Origin: Bacillota bacterium
Lineage (GTDB): Bacteria; Bacillota; Clostridia; Peptostreptococcales; Anaerovoracaceae
Assembly: GCA_017433375.1 (NCBI GenBank)
Contig: JAFRHG010000002.1
Span: 27,361-91,360, forward strand
DNA length: 64,000 nucleotides
Reading direction: 5' to 3'
Position 1 is the first letter of the stretch. The number at the start of each line of letters is the position of its first letter. This document shows, in pieces, positions 58,470 to 64,000 of this stretch. The translations under genes and the position numbers were made by a program. A model generated the notes under the pieces. The model ran no database searches. It was given only the letters and a program-made list of their open reading frames with translations, and was not told the DNA's origin.

Positions 58470-58865
58470 ATGGCAAAGACACAGTACTACGGAACAGGTA
58501 GAAGAAAATCATCCGTTGCCAGAGTCAGACTCATCCCCGGCAGCGGCAACATCACCGTAAACAAGAAGCCCCTCGACGAGTATCTGGCAATGGATATCGT
58601 CAAGAGAGAGGTAAAGAGACCTTTTGAGATCGCCGGATGCGAAGGCAAGTTCGACGTGATCGCTACCGTCAGAGGCGGCGGCACCACGGGACAGGCCGGT
58701 GCGCTGAGACACGGCATCTCCAGAGCGCTCTGCGAGGCGGACAGAGAAGCCTATCGGCCGCTCCTGAAGGACGCGGGCTTCCTGACCAGAGACCCCAGAA
58801 TGAAGGAAAGAAAGAAGTACGGACTGAAGAAGGCGAGAAGAGCCAGCCAGTTCTCCAAGCGTTAG
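58470..58865 (+). CDS. rpsI: 30S ribosomal protein S9
   Basis: [17 protein letters not shown]-terminal [19 protein letters not shown]. Confidence 0.98.
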   Translation: MAKTQYYGTGRRKSSVARVRLIPGSGNITVNKKPLDEYLAMDIVKREVKRPFEIAGCEGKFDVIATVRGGGTTGQAGALRHGISRALCEADREAYRPLLKDAGFLTRDPRMKERKKYGLKKARRASQFSKR

Positions 58866-58898
58866 TCTTTCCGGATCATCGGAACACGATACCGAAAC

Positions 58899-58930
58899 AA
58901 AAAAGCTGTTGCCTTTGCGACAGCTTTTTT
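58899..58930. terminator. Bidirectional intrinsic terminator
   Basis: AAAAAAGCTGTTGC-CTTT-GCGACAGCTTTTTT between convergent genes. Confidence 0.85.
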
Positions 58931-58969
58931 CTTCTTTGTGGGGCCCCGCCCATGGTCCCGCAGCAGGGA

Positions 58970-59362
58970 TCAGCGGTTGGTGTCCTTGTAGGTGGTTTTG
59001 AGGCGGGCGAGTTTGCGCCGGACCGTGAAGTAGTGGATGAGGCCGATGCCGGCGACGACGGGGGAGAGGAGCATGATGATGGCGCCCAGGGCGATGATCG
59101 TCTGGTTGTTGACGAACTCGAACATCCCGATGCCGGCGGCAAGGAGGCCGATGGCCGTCCGCACGTAGGCCAGGAAGGTCTGGGAGTTGGCCAGGGCGGT
59201 CCGCTCCAGGGCCATTTCCGTCCGCTCTTCAGCCAGGACGGTCCGTTCCGTGGCCATAGCCGTCCGTTCCGTAGCCATGGCTGTACGCTCGCTGGACATC
59301 TCTGTCCGTTCGTAGGCCATTTCATCCTGGGTCATGTTCCGATCGATTTCCTTCTGGGTCAT
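58970..59362 (-). CDS. DUF202 (YidH-like) membrane protein with expanded N-terminal heptads
   Basis: ERTALANSQTFLAYVRT, two TM helices; SD AGAAAGGA before MTQKE. Confidence 0.8.
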   Translation of the reverse strand: MTQKEIDRNMTQDEMAYERTEMSSERTAMATERTAMATERTVLAEERTEMALERTALANSQTFLAYVRTAIGLLAAGIGMFEFVNNQTIIALGAIIMLLSPVVAGIGLIHYFTVRRKLARLKTTYKDTNR

Positions 59363-59421
59363 TGGGATCATCCTTTCTAATATACTATGCGGAGTTCTGT
59401 CCGCGTCGGTTCCCGTAGTGT

Positions 59422-60519
59422 TCAGCGGAGATAATCCTTTCGGATCTCCTTCTGGTAGGCGGCGAAGGCGGAAGGTATGGAATACACCTCCTCCAGATCC
59501 GACTTGCCGGCGAGGAAGAGTTCGTGTTCCTTTGGCTCGCCGCTGAGGAATTCCCGCCACTCATCGGCCAGGACCTGGTAGCCCGTCATGTGCCACTCCC
59601 GGTGAGAGAAGATGTGGCGGGAAGGGGGGAGGGCCTGCATGCGGAGGGCATCAAAGCCCAGGCTGCGAAGGTAGGCCGTTGCCTTTGCGCGGCTCAGATT
59701 CCCCTCGGCGTTGGGAAACTCGTAGAGGCCGGCCAGAAGGCCTGTCTCTTTCCGCTTGCGCAGCACCAGCTGCTGGTCGTAGTAGATAAGGAACACCGTC
59801 TTCTCCTCGATGGCCCGCTCCTTTTTCGGCGCGGTGCGGGGAAGCTGTTCCTGGGTTCCCAGCTTACGGGCGGCGCACCCGCTCTGCCAGGGACAGTACG
59901 CGCACAGGGGCGCTCCCTTGGGCAGGCATACCGTGGCGCCCAGGTCCATGAGGGCCTGGTTGGCATCGCCGGGCCGGTCCGCGGGGAAGATCCCGTCGAA
60001 ATAGTCGAAGGCCGCCTTCTTTGCCGGGCCGGATCTGATGTCCCGTTCATAGGCGGTCATCCGGGCGAAGATCCGCAGCAGGTTGCCGTCGATGGCGGGG
60101 ATCCGCTCGCCGAAGCAGATGGAGGCGATGGCCGCCGCCGTGTAGGGCCCGATGCCGGGGAGGGCGAGGAGTTCCTTCGATGTGGGGGGCATCCTGCCGT
60201 CATGTTCCTCCACGATCTCCACCGCCGCCCGGTGAAGGTTGCGCACCCGGCTGTAGTAGCCCAGCCCCTCCCAGAGCTTCAGGTACACGTCCTCCTCCGC
60301 ATCGGCCAGAGCCTGGATGTCGGGAAGCCGGGCAAGAAACCGCTCATAGTACGCCCGCACGGCCTCCACCCGGGTCTGCTGCAGCATGATCTCCGACAGC
60401 CAGACGTGATAGGGGGAAGGATCCCTGCGCCAGGGCAGGTCCCGCCGGTTCTCATCGTACCACCGGAGGAGCTGCCGGGCAGGCTCCGGATCGGTTGTCC
60501 TCAACTTCGTCTCCGTCAT
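59422..60519 (-). CDS. mutY: A/G-specific adenine glycosylase
   Basis: RDLPWR, SEIMLQQT, WEGLGYYSR, LPGIGPYTA, 4Fe-4S CLPKGAPLCAYCPWQSGC. Confidence 0.96.
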   Translation of the reverse strand: MTETKLRTTDPEPARQLLRWYDENRRDLPWRRDPSPYHVWLSEIMLQQTRVEAVRAYYERFLARLPDIQALADAEEDVYLKLWEGLGYYSRVRNLHRAAVEIVEEHDGRMPPTSKELLALPGIGPYTAAAIASICFGERIPAIDGNLLRIFARMTAYERDIRSGPAKKAAFDYFDGIFPADRPGDANQALMDLGATVCLPKGAPLCAYCPWQSGCAARKLGTQEQLPRTAPKKERAIEEKTVFLIYYDQQLVLRKRKETGLLAGLYEFPNAEGNLSRAKATAYLRSLGFDALRMQALPPSRHIFSHREWHMTGYQVLADEWREFLSGEPKEHELFLAGKSDLEEVYSIPSAFAAYQKEIRKDYLR

Positions 60520-60610
60520 GGCTGTAGTATACCACAAACCGAGCTTATGCGCGCTCTTGCAATCCCCGAGGGGAATTGGTAGAATAACCACCGGAGGAGG
60601 TGCCGGGACG

Positions 60611-60871
60611 ATGGCCCGGCAGACACGAATGAACACGCTGATACTGTTTTATATCGGAGTGCCGCTGGTGGCGCTGGTCGCCGGACTGCTGAACCGGCTG
60701 GCCAACGACACGGTGACACGGGTCTTCAATATACTGATGCTGGCGGCGGTGGTCGCCGGCTCCGTTTACGTGCTCGTCGGGCACCGTGGATGGATGCACA
60801 TCCTGAGCTTCATCGCCCTGACCATCATCGGGAATCTGGTCGGTGTGCTCATCGCCGGACACAGGAGATGA
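60611..60871 (+). CDS. Small membrane protein (3 TM)
   Basis: Hydrophobic ORF with [10 protein letters not shown]; start could be 60611 or 60629. Confidence 0.6.
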   Translation: MARQTRMNTLILFYIGVPLVALVAGLLNRLANDTVTRVFNILMLAAVVAGSVYVLVGHRGWMHILSFIALTIIGNLVGVLIAGHRR

Positions 60872-60875
60872 AACT

Positions 60876-61082
60876 ATGGGAGATCTGATGCAGAGACTGG
60901 AAGAGATCGGCAGCAACCCGGCGGTCATGAAGTGGTCCGGCGCTATCGTGCTGGCCGCTCTGGGCTTCGCCTTCATGCGGGTGCGCCGGCATGACATCAA
61001 GAGCAGCCTCGCCTTCGGGGCGGGAATTCTCGGCGCCATCGTCGTGCTGAGTCTTCTGAAGAGCCTGCTCTTCGGCGGCTGA
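60876..61082 (+). CDS. Small membrane protein (2 TM)
   Basis: AGGAG SD, two hydrophobic segments. Confidence 0.6.
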   Translation: MGDLMQRLEEIGSNPAVMKWSGAIVLAALGFAFMRVRRHDIKSSLAFGAGILGAIVVLSLLKSLLFGG

Positions 61083-61155
61083 TCCGCCGCAAAGGCAACG
61101 CCGGCGGGGGGGGCACCGGAAGGGACCCGGCGGGGACGCCGAAGCGGGAATTGCC

Positions 61156-61184
61156 TTTACAAGAACACAGACAGGTGGTACACT
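61156..61184 (+). promoter_or_regulatory. SigA promoter of the pan operon
   Basis: TTTACA-N17-TACACT with extended TG. Confidence 0.65.
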
Positions 61185-61193
61185 TCACACGTT

Positions 61194-61219
61194 GGACGGT
61201 ATTTCACGGAAACCGTACC
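61194..61219 (+). ncRNA. pan-motif-like hairpin with two bulged adenosines
   Basis: GGACGGTATTTCACGGAAACCGTACC in the 5' UTR of the pantothenate operon. Confidence 0.5.
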
Positions 61220-61233
61220 GCGGAGGGAACACA

Positions 61234-62085
61234 GTGCGTACAGGATTTATCGGAGCAGGCAAGGTTGGCTGCTCACTGGGCAGGTACCTGGGCGAAAACG
61301 GCATAAATGTCGCAGGATATTATGACCGGGACGAGAAGACTGCCGAAGAGGGAGCACAGTTCACAGGAACGAAGGTCTATGACGATCTTAAGGTCATGGC
61401 CGAAGACTGTGATGTGCTTTTTATTACGGTTCCTGACGGGCTGATCAGCACCGTCTACGGGCAGCTGCGCGCGTATTCCCTGGAAGGAAAAATTCTCTGC
61501 CACTGTAGTGGCAGCATATCTTCGCAGGAAGCCTTTCCCGGAATCCGGGAGGAGGGCGCCTGCGCATATTCCATTCATCCGCTGCTGGCGGTAAGCGACC
61601 GATTCGCGTCTTACCGGGAACTGGCGGGTGCTTTTTTTACCCTGGAAGGAGACGGGGAACGCATCGGCGAGATGGAGGAGATGCTGGAGAAGGCGAAGAT
61701 GCGCTACCAGATCATCGATCCGGCGTCGAAGAGCCTCTATCATCTGGCGGCGGTAACGGCGAGCAACCACATGCTGGCCCTGATCGCGGCCGCCGTGGAG
61801 GACCTGGTCCGGTGCGGCTTTTCCGAGGAGGACGCCCGCCGGGCGCTGACGCCCCTGATCACAGGAAACGTTCAGCACGGACTGGAGGTCGGCCCGGCCA
61901 GGGCGCTGACCGGTCCCGTGGAGCGGGGGGACGTGATCACCCTGAAGAAACATCTGGCTCAGCTGGAGGATCCGGATGAGCGGCAGCTCTATCTGCTGCT
62001 GTCGGGCCGGCTGCTGGAACTGGCAAAGACGAAAAACCCCAGCCGGGACTACCGGGAACTGGAGGAGTTTCTTAACAACGTATAA
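61234..62085 (+). CDS. Rossmann-like/DUF2520 protein (PanG-type ketopantoate reductase candidate)
   Basis: GFIGAGKVG, HCSGS, SIHPL, YHLAAVTASN, ALTGPVERGD; directly upstream of panB. Confidence 0.8.
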   Translation: MRTGFIGAGKVGCSLGRYLGENGINVAGYYDRDEKTAEEGAQFTGTKVYDDLKVMAEDCDVLFITVPDGLISTVYGQLRAYSLEGKILCHCSGSISSQEAFPGIREEGACAYSIHPLLAVSDRFASYRELAGAFFTLEGDGERIGEMEEMLEKAKMRYQIIDPASKSLYHLAAVTASNHMLALIAAAVEDLVRCGFSEEDARRALTPLITGNVQHGLEVGPARALTGPVERGDVITLKKHLAQLEDPDERQLYLLLSGRLLELAKTKNPSRDYRELEEFLNNV

Positions 62086-62145
62086 ATTATTGTTTTCACA
62101 TACTCCGGCAGCGACAGTGCGTTGACCGGACAGGAGGAAAATGCA

Positions 62146-63042
62146 ATGAAAAACACAGCGGTTACATTTCAGGAGATGAAGCAGAAAGGGGAGAAGATCT
62201 CCATGCTCACCTGCTATGACTACTCGACGGCCAAGCTTATGGAGGCCGCGGGAATCAATGCGGTGCTGGTGGGAGATTCTCTGGGCAACACCATGCTCGG
62301 CTATCCGGACACCCTGTCGGTGACCATGGAGGATATGATCACCTACGGTGCGGCGGTGGCCAGGGGCTGCAGCGATACGCTGGTGGTGGTGGACATGCCC
62401 TTTATGTCCTATCAGGTTTCCGTTGAACAGGCCCTGATCAACGCCGGACGGCTGATGAAGGAGGGCCGCGGCGGCGCGGTCAAGCTGGAGGGAGGCGCGA
62501 CGGTCTGCCCCCAGATCGAGGCGATGGCGAAGGCCGGGATCCCGGTCATGGCTCACATTGGCCTGACGCCCCAGTCCATCAATGCCCTGGGCGGCAACAA
62601 GGTGCAGGGCAAGACCCAGAACGCGGCGAAGAAGCTGCTGGAGGATGCCTACGCGGTCCAGGAGGCCGGCGCCTTTTCCGTGGTGCTGGAATGCATCCCG
62701 GCGCCCCTGGCGGAGTTTGTATCCAAGGCGATCAGGATCCCGACCATCGGCATCGGCGGCGGCAACGGCTGCGACGGACAGATCCTGGTCTATCAGGACA
62801 TGCTGGGCATGTTCACGGATTTCGTGCCCAAGTTCGTCAAGCAGTTCGGCAATATCGGCGAGCTGATGACCAAGGCGTTCAAGGACTACGATGCCGAGGT
62901 CAAGGCATCCACCTTCCCCGATGAGGAACATTCCTTCAAGATGACCGATCCGGATATGCTCGTCGCGCTGAAGGACGAACTCCGTCCCGAAGAGGCGGCC
63001 GGCGGAGAGGTGGATCCGGAATATCTGGCAAGACTGTATTGA
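62146..63042 (+). CDS. panB: 3-methyl-2-oxobutanoate hydroxymethyltransferase
   Basis: LTCYD, LVGDSLG, VDMPF, VKLEGG, HIGLTPQ, DGQILV. Confidence 0.97.
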   Translation: MKNTAVTFQEMKQKGEKISMLTCYDYSTAKLMEAAGINAVLVGDSLGNTMLGYPDTLSVTMEDMITYGAAVARGCSDTLVVVDMPFMSYQVSVEQALINAGRLMKEGRGGAVKLEGGATVCPQIEAMAKAGIPVMAHIGLTPQSINALGGNKVQGKTQNAAKKLLEDAYAVQEAGAFSVVLECIPAPLAEFVSKAIRIPTIGIGGGNGCDGQILVYQDMLGMFTDFVPKFVKQFGNIGELMTKAFKDYDAEVKASTFPDEEHSFKMTDPDMLVALKDELRPEEAAGGEVDPEYLARLY

Positions 63043-63092
63043 TCTGATCCCGTCCGACGGGAATCCGGCCGGGCAGAGAGGAGAAAGGCAAC

Positions 63093-63962
63093 ATGATTAT
63101 TGTAAAAACGATCGAACAGACAAGAGAAGTGGTGCGCGGCTGGAAGGCGGAAGGCAAAACCGTCGGACTCTGTCCCACCATGGGCTATCTTCACGAGGGA
63201 CATCTGTCCCTGATGACGGCCTCCAAAAAAGACAACGATAAGACGGTGGCGACCGTCTTCGTCAATCCCATGCAGTTCGGTCCCACGGAGGACCTGGCCA
63301 AATACCCCCGGGACCTTGAACGGGACTGCCGGATGATGGAGGCGGAAGGCGTGGATATGGTGTTCGCGCCGGAAGCGGAGGAGATGTACGCCGATGATTT
63401 CTGCACCTTCGTGGACATGACGGGGGTTTCCGAAGGCCTCTGCGGAAGAAGCCGGCCGGTGATGTTCCGGGGCGTCTGCACCGTGCTGACCAAGCTCATC
63501 AATATCGTCTGCCCCGACCGGATGTACCTGGGCAAAAAGGATGCCCAGCAGCTGGCGGTCGTCCGCCGGATGGTCCGGGATCTGGACTTTGATCTGGAGG
63601 TAGTGGGCTGTCCCACCGTCCGGGAAGAGGACGGGCTGGCCAAGAGTTCCCGGAACACCTATATGAATCCGGAGCAGCGCCAGGCGTCCAGAGTGCTTTC
63701 CCGGTCACTTCGGGCGGCGCAGGATGCCATCGCCGGAGGACAGACCGACAGCGGGCAGCTGACCCGGCTCATCACGAAAAAGCTGAAGGAAGAACCCATG
63801 TCTGACATCGACTACGTGGAGATCGTGGACGGTCTGTCCATGCAGCCGGTGGAAAAAGTTCGGGACGGGGATCTGGTGGCCATCGCGGTGCGCATCGGCA
63901 CGACCCGGCTGATCGATAACTTCATTGTCGGCGATCCGCTGATCGAAACACAGCAGTCATGA
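63093..63962 (+). CDS. panC: Pantoate--beta-alanine ligase
   Basis: PTMGYLHEGHLSL, FVNPMQF, GKKDAQQ, REEDGLAKSSRN, TRLIDN. Confidence 0.97.
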   Translation: MIIVKTIEQTREVVRGWKAEGKTVGLCPTMGYLHEGHLSLMTASKKDNDKTVATVFVNPMQFGPTEDLAKYPRDLERDCRMMEAEGVDMVFAPEAEEMYADDFCTFVDMTGVSEGLCGRSRPVMFRGVCTVLTKLINIVCPDRMYLGKKDAQQLAVVRRMVRDLDFDLEVVGCPTVREEDGLAKSSRNTYMNPEQRQASRVLSRSLRAAQDAIAGGQTDSGQLTRLITKKLKEEPMSDIDYVEIVDGLSMQPVEKVRDGDLVAIAVRIGTTRLIDNFIVGDPLIETQQS

Positions 63963-64000
63963 GCCGCAGGCAGATGACCGGACGGGAATTTGAGGAGTAC
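63959..64000 (+). CDS. Start of a downstream gene (partial), possibly Mrr-type restriction endonuclease domain
   Basis: ATGA overlap with the panC stop; MSRRQMTGREFEEY resembles the xGxEFE start of Mrr_cat domains. Only 14 codons visible. Confidence 0.35.
   Translation, partial: MSRRQMTGREFEEY

Noticed and set aside
662-63092. AAAGGCAAC as Chi/KOPS or as a by-product of a common peptide
   Set aside because: No strand polarity in this window (10 vs 12), and it occurs in four reading frames plus seven intergenic sites.

Overview
GC-rich chromosomal segment of a Clostridia-type Bacillota (taxon inferred from gene content). It is mostly housekeeping: sbcD-sbcC, trxA, malic enzyme, scpAB, nfo, an FHA-SEDS fusion with a PBP, gadB, tcdA-queD-folE2, birA-bioY, prfA-sua5-rpiB-upp-tyrS, rplM-rpsI, mutY and panG-like-panB-panC. 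It also has an amidohydrolase/APC-permease cluster and one compositionally foreign ~12 kb block (about 28.2-40.0 kb). That block encodes sulfate uptake, PAPS synthesis (cysD, cysNC), a sulfotransferase-like protein, a two-component system and an Ig/GDPD surface protein. The strongest unexplained signal is a non-palindromic 9-mer, AAAGGCAAC (usually CAAAGGCAAC). By manual scan it occurs at least 22 times on both strands, in four reading frames and in intergenic DNA, often using otherwise uncommon codons, and I found no exact copy in the foreign block. This is the pattern expected of a DNA-uptake-sequence-like or chromosome-wide protein-binding motif. Other candidates are a tandem covarying motif upstream of malic enzyme, a ~200-nt anti-SD-containing sRNA, pan-motif-like bulged-A hairpins, leaderless genes and palindromic intergenic repeat arrays. 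No rRNA, tRNA, CRISPR array or integrase/transposase was recognised. All counts and coordinates come from manual reading and should be verified computationally.
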